Of a stretch of 64,000 bases of DNA, positions 52,810-64,000 are shown one piece after another; the stretch's first letter is position 1; each line of letters starts with the position of its first letter. The stretch is from Octopus vulgaris (taxonomy: Eukaryota). The position numbers were made by a program, and so were the translations under genes. The DNA is taken from assembly GCA_951406725.2 (NCBI GenBank), contig OX597815.1, forward strand, positions 125,364,001-125,428,000. The letters run 5' to 3'. Below the pieces are notes generated by a model, which saw only the letters and a list, made by a program, of their open reading frames with translations, made no database searches and was not told the DNA's origin.

Positions 52810-53200
52810 TTGTTGATAAAATGGTGAAGAAAACCAAGATCATAGTTATTGCCATTCCTAGAGATGTATGAGTTGATAATAAATAACTGGAACTGGTTGC
52901 ATGTATTTCAAGCATACAAAAAATACAAGCAACCAAAAGATGAGATTGCATGAATGTGGGCAATTAAGAAATTAACTGTCATCCCAGTAGATGTAGGGGC
53001 ATTAGAAGCAGGTTTGAAAAATTTGTTGGAGAAATTGATTGACATGAGAGTAGAACATGCTCAGAGAATTGCTTTGGGAACAACAAGGATTTTGAGAGTG
53101 GTATTTGGATGTTAAGTATTGTGGAAAAAGACCCAATGAGACACTTGACAACTGGTTTTTGTCCTCTTACAAAATTAGCCAGAGAAAGTGAAACAGACCT
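52810..53200 (+). mobile_element. R4/Dong-clade LINE 3' fragment (restriction-like endonuclease region)
   Basis: KKTKIIVIAIPRD..MWAIKKLTVIPVDVGAL..ALGTTRILRVVF. Confidence 0.65.
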
Positions 53201-53399
53201 CTGAAAAGTTAAATGTAAACATAGTAATGAAAATGAAAGCTGCTTTTCGTATTTACATAGGGCATTATATTCAGTCCTATCATACTAGCTGGGATAGCTG
53301 GACATCAAGGCAGACATGTGAGTACTCCAAAATATTCCAATCTAGGAACAGCTTATACTCAAAGACTAAAATGTGTTTTTGTTGCAGCCTTATGCTACC

Positions 53400-55100
53400 A
53401 CTAGCCAGAAAATTGCACTGATTTGAATCTCTATGTCTAAATACACATGCCTTATCTTGAACAATGCAATATTTTGGTTTTGTATCAAAGAATTTGCATT
53501 GTATATGATGCCTTTCCTAACAGCCTCTTCAAGTCTACTTAATAGATTCTATTTCAATCTATTGTACCTTCTAGTTTCTTCCTAAAACTAAGGGAGTTAT
53601 ACTAAGTTTACTTTTTAATGTATTATTGAGGTTTGCCCCTATCAATTCTTGTTTAACTAGCTCACTAAATCAGTTCCTTTAAGCATCCTACACCAGTCAC
53701 AGTTTACAGTAACTAAGCCCTTGTTTGGATAATTTATATAGGCTCACAGAGCAGATCACAAATAAGTTCTCTGTGTAGTTAACTGCTTTGAATTGTGGTT
53801 ATCCAACACTGTTGCTAACTATTAACAAACATAAACTCTAAATACAACTTTAAAAAGCCACTGGTTTGATAATGTCCACAACGGCACATTTAGGAAATCC
53901 AGTTAAAACTTATCAGACAGAAGGAGTGTCTGAACAAGGCTAAGAGGCTTTTATACCTACTCCTCTTAACAGCTACTAACACAAAATCCTAGATTGTGTT
54001 TTAAGATATCATTCCATTCAACCATTAACATTAATGACCAGGATGTTACGAAAAAGTATTCAGATGCTAAGTCTACCTCTTGTCAAAGCATAATCAACCA
54101 CCATCCTCATTATTTCTCTTACATCTAGGACAACCAATGTATCATATAGGTCCAGAAATATCTTTACTTAGAAATTCAGATCTTCTGGGTACAATGCTGC
54201 CATCATACTAAATCTGGTTTACAATCATTCAGGTGTGCAAATTTCTGACAAGTGCTAGTCTTGCTTATAACTATTACATCTAAGTTTAGTCATCTAAGAT
54301 CATTCTGTAGGTGATACTTCATCCAGACACACTTTTGGCCATGTGCATTCAAGCATCTCACTCTCAACAATGTTCTAGTAGAAAATAAAAGACCACATAT
54401 TTTACAGATAATGGAGTGCATTGTGTTTTCACACACTGAAGGACTCACTAACATTTTTAAACAACCCCAGATTCATTGACAGTTTCTCCCACATAGTTCA
54501 ATATATTCCAGATATTTTACTCATCAGAATCATTCCTTTGCAGTTTTTAGGAGAATAATATTTTAACTTAATGTTTGTAATTTTATGAATTCCATCAACT
54601 CCAATTTCTTTAGAACAACAGGAAAACTGAGGAGTGTCTACTATTGTTTTAGTTGTTGCTGCTGCTGTTTGTTGATGCTTTTGTTATTCTTGTCTACATT
54701 GTTGTTGCAGACTTTAAACCAGCAGAACCTTTAAAGTCTTGATGATCTTTATAACTGGATCAAAAGGAGATTTTCTGATTCATCCTCATTGCCAGACAAG
54801 ATGTTCATGAACAGCAAAGGCAATGCATGTCTATAGGAATTACTTGCTTTTTGTTGTCTGGATGAAGACACATCAAATTATTTGTGACAGATTGTGCTTT
54901 TAACAGTTAGTTTTTGCTGTTTGATTTTTAATTTATATTGATGTAGTTGTCATCATTGTGTTGATTTTGTTATGGATTTGTTATTAGTGTTGTAGCTGCT
55001 GCTTTATGAGGGGACTAAAAGTTAATTTCTCTCTTTGAAGTAAAATTTTGAAGAAATTTGACAGCCTTCAAATGCTACCACATTTTCCATGGTTAGTTTC
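53400..55100 (-). mobile_element. Ancient L1/Tx1-like LINE relic
   Basis: The minus strand near 54370-54250 reads LRVRCLNAHG..LNLDVIVISKT, like the APE N-terminus; the boundaries are uncertain. Confidence 0.45.
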
Positions 55101-55764
55101 CCCCTTTCCAAATAAAAAAAAAATCCACTGACATTCGACCCTTTTATTACAACTATTTCTGTTGTATCTAAGCACATTCACTCAGGCCATGCTCACACTT
55201 TCCACACATTTATGGAAGGATACCACCTCTCTATTCATCCAAACCTTCCTCTCCAAAAGAAAATTATAAAAATAACCCATAAGAGCATGATCAAAGAAGA
55301 ACATGTCCATCCCGAATTGTATTATTTGCATCTTTTGCCATGGCCAGCAGAAGAAAAATTCTCCCTATCCCAACCAAAAGAAGGTGATAGTAGGGGATCA
55401 TCATGATGTCCTCCTGTTGTTTTCACATAAATCTAGAGATCAACAATATTTGGGCATTGCACAAGTTGCATGCAAAGTGTTTTCATTGCTCTGTGCATAT
55501 CTTGATAAGCCTAGCTGATGGTACATTGCCCTTCTCACCTGGTAGCATTCTGGAAGTTATCCAGAGTACTCAGGCTAAAACTCCTCTAGAACAGACCAAA
55601 CACTTGATTTTTGTTGATACCCACAGTTTCACTGAGAACTACATTGCTCTTCTCCACCACTAGTCATGCAAGTTTTATTATTTGTATTGTTTGATGAAGT
55701 GGAATGTTGTGAAGCTATTTTGTCTATTTCCCCCATAAAACAGATAACTTAATTATAATAATAA

Positions 55765-56071
55765 TCAAACAACTATGATGAGTGAAAGTGGGAAATACGA
55801 AGGTTGTGTCAATGAAGAGAGTAGATGTAATTGGTGCACTTAGAAGTATCAGCACTCAACTACCATCATGGCTGAAAAAGATTGGTACAAATGTAAAGAT
55901 AGGACACCTACAAAAATCAGCATTGCTTGGAACTACAAGAATTCTTTGCAGGGTTCTTGAAGTATAACCAGTAAACAAGTGTCACCTTAGTCTGCTGGCT
56001 GTGGACAACTGATACTTTCCATCATACCCAGTAAAATAAGCTGTGAGTTTTCATATAATAATAATAATAAT
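55765..56071 (+). mobile_element. R4/Dong-clade LINE 3' end inserted in (TAA)n
   Basis: IGALRSI..HLQKSALLGTTRILCRVL*, flanked on both sides by TAA repeats. Confidence 0.75.
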
Positions 56072-57104
56072 ATTTAATGTCCATTTTCCATGCTGGCATG
56101 GGTTGGATCGTTTGACAGGAGCTGGCTAAACAGAGAACTGCACCAAGCTCCAATGTCTGCTTTAGCATGGTTTCTATGGCTGGATGCCCACCTTAATGCC
56201 AACTAGTTTACAGAGTTTACAGTATGCTTTTTGTAACTCACAAAATAAACAGAAATTATAAGATATGATTTTCAATAAATATTAGTTGGTGATTAAAATG
56301 ATGGGAGCTCAAGACTGAGTAAGGTATGCATTTAGACATGTTGAGGAACTAACATAACCAGTATTCATTTAAATAACAAACCACCAAAAAACTTCAGATA
56401 TTTAACATATAACAAGAATATTTTGTTGACAAGAATTACAGTTTGTTTATCATTTTTTACATACAAATATTCAGTCTGTTTCCCTTTTCTTTCTCTCACC
56501 CTCTCACTTCTATTCTAGCCTTTCTACTGACACCTTTTCTCTCTCTCCCTCTTGTATTCCTAGCCCTTCTCCTTCTCCTTCATCCCTTACTGTTTTCCTT
56601 TGTCGCTCCCTCCCCCTGCTGCCGTCATGTGACCAGCAGCCAATTCCCTTTTTCCTTCCTTTCTTACACTGGTCCCATAGCTGACCTGTCGCAAATTATC
56701 TGTCTCTCCGTTCTCCATCCTTCAAGACATTTTATAAGGGTTACCCACTATTTTCGACTCCTTGACCCCATGGCCATATTTTGTTCGACTGTTTGTCCTT
56801 GCCCTAAATCACACTCAGTGTCATTTTGCCTGTTTTGTTTTGTTTTGTTTTGGTTGCTCTTGTCCTAATTCTCTGCATGTAAAAGTTTTTTGCCGGCACC
56901 ACCAATTGGGAAGACTCAGTCTTATCATTAAGGGTGCAAAACTGAATATTACCAATTGGTTGATAATTGAAGAATTACAGACCTTTTGTTTGTCTCCTGT
57001 TCATTTTTACATTCAGTATATACATTACGTCATTTGCTTATACATTTTTCATTTTTATAATATATATCATCATCATCGTCGTTTATACATATACATATAT
57101 ATAT

Positions 57105-57390
57105 CACGTGATCATGTAACCGATCAGGCTATCAGATGTTGCTGCGCTTCGCATTGTTTTAGCCTTCAAATGATGTCACTCCGATGGCTAAGCAAGCAGG
57201 CTAACAGAAGAAAGAGTGAGAGAAAGTTGCGGCAAGAGTACAGCAGGGATCGTCACCATCCCCTGCCAGAGACCTGTGGAGCTTTAGATGTTTTTGCTCA
57301 ATAAACACTCACAACGCCCAGTCTGGGAATCGAAACCTCGATCCTACGACCGCGAGTCCGCTGCCGTAACCACTGGGCCATTGCGCCTCC
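57105..57390 (-). mobile_element. tRNA-derived SINE (family A)
   Basis: Copy of 2188-2490 with a better B-box (GGTTTCGATTCC). Confidence 0.82.
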
Positions 57391-57919
57391 ACACACACAT
57401 TTATATACAAATACACAAACATGTGTGTATGTGTGAGTGAGTGAGTGAGTGAGTGTGTACACAAGGTGGCTATCAAGTTACTATTGAGTATGGCTATCCT
57501 TTGTTTCCTTCCTTGTGGACCCTCATGGTGGCAAAAACATACACCAGTGCAGTAGTACCAAGACTCCACTTCTCACACACCAGTGACATTTAAATGAACA
57601 ATGAAGTTATGTGACTAACAGGAGAATTATAAATGCACTACCTACACTACATTATCTGTGTGTATGCTCACAAGTGAGGAAATGACAGATGTAATGAGAT
57701 TTTCTTATCACAGGTATGTGTAAAGCCTAAATCACCATAATGGAAGGTCCACTGTCTGCTTGCAATCCTAAGATGTTACTGACTTGCAGTGAAAATAGTG
57801 GATAGATGAAGAACAAAAATTACCCACATATCAAATTTTATTTTATGTGTGGCTAATGTGCCAGACTTTAACCCTTTTGTTAGCATATTTCTGATGAAAT
57901 ACACTGCTTTTGTTTCACT

Positions 57920-59415
57920 CGAGTTCACCAAGAACAGGTTTTCAGCCCTGTCTTTATCACCATAGTCTTCCAGGCTATAACAAAGGAATTTAAGACAGTC
58001 TGCCTTTGGGAGCTCCTCTATACTGATGACCTTGTTCTTATAGCTGAATCACTACTAGAACTAGAGAAGAAATTTCAGGTGTAGAAGCAAGGTCTAGAAT
58101 CAAGGGACCTTAGAGTTAATTTAGCAATGACCAAAGTCTTAATAAGTAGGAAAGCAGACAAATCCCAAATCCCTTCAGGAAGATGGCCCTGCTTGATATG
58201 TAGGAAAGGTATTGACAGAAACTCCATATGGTGTTTAGAAGGCGGCGAGCTGGCAGAAATGTTAGCACGCCGGCCGAAATGCTTAGCTGTATTTCGTCTG
58301 CCGTTACGTTTTGAGTTCAAATTCCGCAGAGGTCAACTTTGCCTTTCATCTTTTCAGGGTCGATAAATTAAGTACCAGTTACACACTGGAGGCAATATAA
58401 TCAACTTAATCAGTTTGTCTGTCCTTGTTTGTCCCCTCTGTGTGTAGCTCCTTGTGGGCAGTAAAGAAATAAGGAATTCCATATGGTGTACCCAGTGCAT
58501 GCTATGGATACCTAAGAGGTGCAACAACATCAGAGGAAGGTTAACAGAGAAAGTAATCTTAGTGTGTGGCAGACATGTATGTACATTAAACACAAGAAAT
58601 GTACAGAAAACAGTCTTCACATAATGCCCAGGGGAATATGTAGAAATAGTTGATAGCTTCCATTACCAAGTCAACAGTGGAGGAGTATGCTCTGAGAGTG
58701 TAGCTGCTAGAAGTATGGGCAGGGAAAATATCAGAGAGCTTCTACCTTTGTTTGTAACAAAGGGCCTTACCTTCAGATTGTATGATGTCTTTGTGTGAAC
58801 AGCCATGCTACATGGCAGTGACATATGGTCTGTGACTGCAGAGGACATGTGAAGGCTTGAAAGAAATGAATCTAGTATGCTTTGCTGGATGTGCAATGTC
58901 AGTGTGCTCATATGACTGAGTGTAAGTAAAGAGGCATTAGATATAGTGTGCAAAAGAGAAGACTGCACTGGTATAGTCATGAGATGCATAAAGAAATGCC
59001 GATCTCCAACTGTGGAGAGAACCTGAAGAAGAGGTAGACCCAGAAAGACATGAGACAAGGTAGCAAAGTATGATCTTTGGCTGCTGAATCTCACAGAGGT
59101 GATAACAAGTGATTGAGGCCTTTGGCAGTTTGCTGTGCTTGAGAAGACGTATCAAGCTAAGTGAAATCATAGTCATGGCCAGTGACATGTAAAAGGCGCC
59201 CATGCCAGTGAAACGTAAAGGACACCCATGCCAGTGACAAGTGAAAAGCACCCAGTACACTCTGTGGAGTGGTTGGCATTAGGAAGGACATCCAGCCATA
59301 GAAACCAAGCCAAAACAAACTGGAGCCCAGTGCAGCTCTCTGGCTTACAAGCTCCAGTCAAACTGTCTTACCTATGCTATGGAAAATGGACGCTTAACGA
59401 TGATGATGATGATAA
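57920..59415 (+). mobile_element. Decayed RTE LINE with a nested SINE
   Basis: Colinear with 8430-10080 (WELLYTDDL, SGRWPCLICRKG, TAMLHGS) and ends in (GAT)n. Confidence 0.88.
58235..58471 (+). mobile_element. SINE family C, full length with an 18-bp TSD
   Basis: Flanked by AGAAACTCCATATGGTGT (58217-58234) and AGGAATTCCATATGGTGT (58472-58489). Head GGCGGCGAGCTGGCAGAA..GAGTTCAAATTCC. Confidence 0.88.
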
Positions 59416-59682
59416 TGAGGATAAAGAAGAATTAAATAAAATAATATGGTCATTATTGAGCTGTTGTCTGGAACACAAATTACCACGAAATGTTGATGGA
59501 AGGTTTTGATTGAGTCACTTTAAAACAGAAAGCTTGTACCACAAAGTCAAGAACAGTTTCAGGCAGGTTAGTATCAGAAGGTAGCCATTGAGCTAACAAC
59601 AAACAAAAGGAAAGTAAAACAGCCAATGTTTAGAAACATTGTAGGTTTCCTATAAGACTATCCTGTCCCATGAACACTTTAC

Positions 59683-60432
59683 ATCATCATCATCATCATC
59701 ATTTAGCGTCCGTTCTCCATGCTAGCATGGGTTGGACGGTTCAACTGGGGTCTGTGAAGCTGGAAGGCTTCATCAGGCCCAGTCAGATCTGGCAGTGTTT
59801 CTACAGCTGGATGCCCTTCCTAACGCCAACCACTCTGTGAGTGTAGTGGGTGCTTTTTACGTGCCACCCGCACAGGTGCCAGACAGAGCTGGCAAACGGC
59901 CACGAACGGATGGTGCTTTTACGTGTCACCGGCACAGGGGCCAGGCGAGGCTGGCAACGGACACGAACGGATGGTGCTTTTACGTGCCACCAACACGGGG
60001 GCAAGACAGAGCTGGCAAACGGCCACGAAACGGATGGTGCTTTTACGTGTCACCGGCACGGGGGCCAGGCGAGGCTGGCAACGGACACGAACGGATGGTG
60101 CTTTTACATGCCACCGACACGGGGGCCAGACAGGGTTGGCAAACGGCCACGAACGGATGGTGCTTTTACATGTCACCGGCACGGGTGCCAGGCGAGGCTG
60201 GCAACGGACACGAGCGGATGGTGCTTTTACGTGCCACCGACACGGGGGCCAGACAGGGCTGGCAAACGGCCACGAACGGATGGTGCTTTTACGTGTCACC
60301 TGCACGGGGGCCCTGATGTTGATCGACCTCAATTTGGTTCTGCTTTCTGATATATGTATTGATTTGGTTTGATTTTGATTTTGACTGTTCTCACTGACTG
60401 TTCTCACTGGTCTTGCCGGGTTTTCTCACGCA
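59683..60432 (-). mobile_element. RTE 3' UTR copy with an expanded ~61-bp A/B tandem array (59845-60310)
   Basis: (CAT)n tail; about 7.5 units of ..CACGAACGGATGGTGCTTTTACGTG(C/T)CACC.. alternating two variants. Confidence 0.9.
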
Positions 60433-60802
60433 CAGGTATATTTACATATAACTGTAAATTCAAATATGAACATGCATATCATCATCATCCTTTATCATCC
60501 ATTTTCCAATGTGTGTGTGTGTGTGTGTGTGTGTACACATGTACACACATTACTGGATAGGCATTGAGTCTCTTAAGTTCATCCATCTTTTTTCACAGGA
60601 TTTGTTTTTCACTTTAATTGACCAAAAACCACCCAACTCACCAAACAGGCTATATGTGGTTGCCAGTTTAGTCACCAATGACCAAACCATGCAACTGGTT
60701 GTACAGGGTAACATGTTACTATATCTATTTATCTATCTGTCTATCTATGAGTGTGTGTGTGTGTGAGTGTATGTGTGTGTATGTGTGTGTGTGTGTGTTC
60801 AT

Positions 60803-61495
60803 ACTAGGTGGCATGAAAAGGTTCCCATACTAGTTATGTTTACTAAAAAATAACTTATATAACTAAGTTTTAGCATCATCTGCTTCGAAATAGTCACCTT
60901 GCACAGCAATACAGCAGTCCCAGTGTTCCTGCTACTTTTGGAATCCAGCCTGGAAGTCGTTTTCCGTAAATGAGTTGAGGACCTTCTGCAATTCGCTCTG
61001 GAGCTCAACAACAGTGTTAAAACAGCAACCTTTGAGCTGTATTTTCATCTTGGAGAAGAGATGGAAGTTCACAGGTGCTAAATCTGGTGAATAGGGCAGC
61101 TGTGGAAGCGATACTATGTTGTCTTTGGCAAGAAACTCATGAGTGAAGAGAGCTTCATGACAGTGTGCATTGTTGTCATGAAGAAGCCAATTCTTTGTGC
61201 TCCACAGATCCGGTTATTTTTGCTGAATGTCTTCTGTCAAATGCTTCAAAATGTTGCAGCAGAACTCTCAATTGACAGGTCTGACCCTGGGAAACAAATT
61301 CTGGGGGTGACGCTCTTGACAGGTCTTCCAAATGACTCATCATCTTCCAAAAACAAAAATCTCACAAATACAGCAATGTCACTCGGCACACTGTCTCATG
61401 AAGGACACTGCTAGCTCTCACTGCAAATGCAACTGTGTGCTGCCATCTGTTGGTGTACTACAGAACTAGGCTGGGAACTTTTTGATACTACCTCA
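60803..61495 (-). mobile_element. Internally deleted mariner
   Basis: Imperfect TIRs (AGGTGGCATGAAAAGGTTCCCA / TGGGAACTTTTTGATACTACCT). The minus strand encodes PYSPDLAPVNFHLF..KMKIQLKG..F..CIAVQGDYFE. Confidence 0.88.
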
Positions 61496-62899
61496 AATAT
61501 TATATAAAAATGCACACGCATCATGCACAAACATATATAAACAGGTATATATTCATATATAAGTATATATGAAAATTATACATAGATATTTATGCATACA
61601 TAACTACTTAAGAATTTTTGTAGATTGTTAAAGAGCAAAAGAAGAAAGGTCATCACTGTCATCTATTTTAAACTTCAACAGACCAGAGAACTGAAGGAAA
61701 TGTGTAGGCAGTATGCTACTAACTTCAGCTCTTTGGAAAAATATGTTGATTATATCTTAAGATCCATTACTTCTGTGTAAATGGTAATTCAGATGCATAA
61801 GCATCAAAAGGAGTATAACCAAAACACTGGAAAAATTCATTTTAAATAAACAATATCTTGTATTCATCCATTGCTGGACAGTAGGAAATATAAAATGATG
61901 TAGAGCTAATAGTTTGTTTTTTTTTTCATGAGAAGATAATATGTTTATTCAAAAACTTTCTTTGAAATAAATACTACAAATTACATCACAATAAAAATTT
62001 CTCAACATGATGTTAACTAGGTAAATTTATCAGACGCAAAAAAAAATGAGATTCAAGATATAATTTAATTCAGTCAGTCTTACAGAATTTTGAACCTATA
62101 TAGGGCTAAACTTGAGCTACGTATTGATTTTCTTTTCTAATTAAAGTTCAGGTTGAACCGATAAATTTTTCAACAAAATTTTAAAACAGATCCTTTGCAA
62201 TAAAAAGGAGCAAAATTTTTAATTATAAATATATTCTGGAATTAATTAAAATTAAAACTTGATATACTTGAAAAGGAATACTTTATAGTTTACCAGACTA
62301 GTAAATGATTGTATGTACATATGCACACAAACACGCACTCCAGTCACTTTACAGAAAATACACTGTAAAATGACTGCTGATATGAAAGGTATCCACCAAT
62401 AAAAATCAAACCCATTAATGAAACAAAGGAGAGAATCATGTCCTTGCTGTATGTGGGGGCAATAAGAAATGACTGAGACACTGATGAACCTTTCCAGCTA
62501 TTGCTGGGATGGAAAGTGGATGTAATGTGATGATGATGATGACATATTACATACATGATGATTGTGTGTGTGTGTGTGTGTGTGTGTGAAGGTATGTGGC
62601 TTAATGGTTAGTGTTGGACTCACAATCATAAGATCATGGGTTCAACTCCCAGACCAAGTTTTGTACTGTGTTCCTGAACAAGGCACTTCATTTCATATTG
62701 GTCTACTCTACTCAGCTGATAATTAGTAGCAGATGACTACTTGTGCAGCTCTTGCACTCCTTTCAGCTCTCACATCCTCAATGTTCTACAGAGTCAAGAG
62801 TGAGTGGGTGTCTATGTATCTTGGAGACCACATAGTCACTGAAAACAACAAACACAGCATGGTACCGAGACATATTCGTTTGAGAGTGCCGATTAATGT

Positions 62900-62935
<36 letters not shown>

Positions 62936-64000
62936 TGAGTGAGTGGGAGAAATAGAGCGAGACAAAGAGAACGAGAGACAGGGAAACACAGATTTGTTTC
63001 TTCTTCCATAATCGTTTGAAGATCGGAAGCAAGTAACTCGGAAAGACAGTTTCTGAAGTTTCAGCTTCACACACACGCGCAAAGACACACACACTATACA
63101 AGTATACGTATAATGTACTACCTGCAACTATCTGGGATGAAATTAATAGAATTACTAGTCACTGAAGGCGTTGAAGTTTCCACCACCCACGATATACATA
63201 CATACATACATACATACACACACACTAGTGCGTGCGTGTGTGTGGGTGTGTGTGTGTAAAAAGCTACAAATAATCTTATCGTTAATAATTAGTAATAAGT
63301 TCAGTTTTTAAGAAATTTAGCATCAGGTCCTTCGAGCAAGTTTCATTCTCCTCTTAAGTAAAGTGGTGAAATCAACCTGATATAAACCTACTCATAAATT
63401 AACCTAATATAAACCGAATAATAAATATGTGTATTTGACAGCTTACCCACACGTTCACGTGTGTTGTTTTATAATCGCGCGCATTGTATCAAGAAGATTA
63501 TGAATTAAAAAAAAAAAAGGAAGGGATTAAGGCTTTGAATGAATTGGTTCAGCAAAAACAATGAATTAACAAATATCACTGAATGTCAATAGTAATCGAT
63601 AAATTGAACACTATACACTATTTTCTTGTTCATAATAAAGCAATTCTGAATAAATCAAAAATTCTAATGACGAGGAAAATAAATAATGTTAATAAATATC
63701 GTTAGTTATTCTCAAATTATGATCATAGAAAACGAATGATAATGAGAACAAAATATTATGATCAGTTTTATATGAAACTTTACCTACAAAATATCCACCT
63801 AAATCAAGAATACCGGCATAAAAAAGCGAAGTTTAAATTAGTGGAAGAGTAACAAGTATTTTTTGTGAATGATTTAATTGTAAAACATGTTTAGTTATAT
63901 GTATAAGGGATATGTTGTGTTTACATTATGAGGGAAAATAGTACATCAATAATCCTTCTCGATTTCATATTATAAAAAAGAAAACCGAAATTATTCATCT

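Noticed and set aside
59845-60310. CRISPR-like regular repeats
   Set aside because: The intervening segments are themselves repeated (A/B), there are no unique spacers or cas genes, and the array lies in a eukaryotic RTE 3' UTR.
62733-63127. ORFs near the right end as a second host gene
   Set aside because: No recognisable domain, and they run through (GT)n/(CA)n repeats.

Overview
AT-rich, microsatellite-dense eukaryotic DNA. The repeat landscape (RTE LINEs with (GAT)n tails, tRNA-derived SINEs, abundant (TA)n) suggests an octopus/coleoid cephalopod genome; this is an inference. The only host coding sequence I can support is two short minus-strand exons missed by the ORF track (21542-21495 and 14539-14435). 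Spliced, they give MMSSFKVIKEWLAEYK|ALSESEIHTYANTLRHNDELVTSLYEVLEQRPGVE, the N-terminus of hyccin (FAM126/HYCC, PI4KIIIalpha complex subunit), so much of the window is probably hyccin intron. The rest is transposon-derived: young and decayed RTE LINEs, CR1/L2-group LINEs, an L1/Tx1-type ORF1 with a CCHC knuckle, R4/Dong fragments, Penelope-like pieces carrying minimal hammerhead ribozymes, a complete non-autonomous Helitron, Tigger and mariner elements, several SINE families and fold-back inverted repeats. The most notable observations are two Penelope-type hammerheads (one sense to the host pre-mRNA), a PHD-type zinc finger inserted inside the RTE reverse transcriptase, a SINE/LINE 3' stem-loop with compensatory changes, long intronic inverted repeats, and a ~60-bp variable tandem array in the RTE 3' UTR. 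Repeat boundaries are approximate unless termini are quoted.
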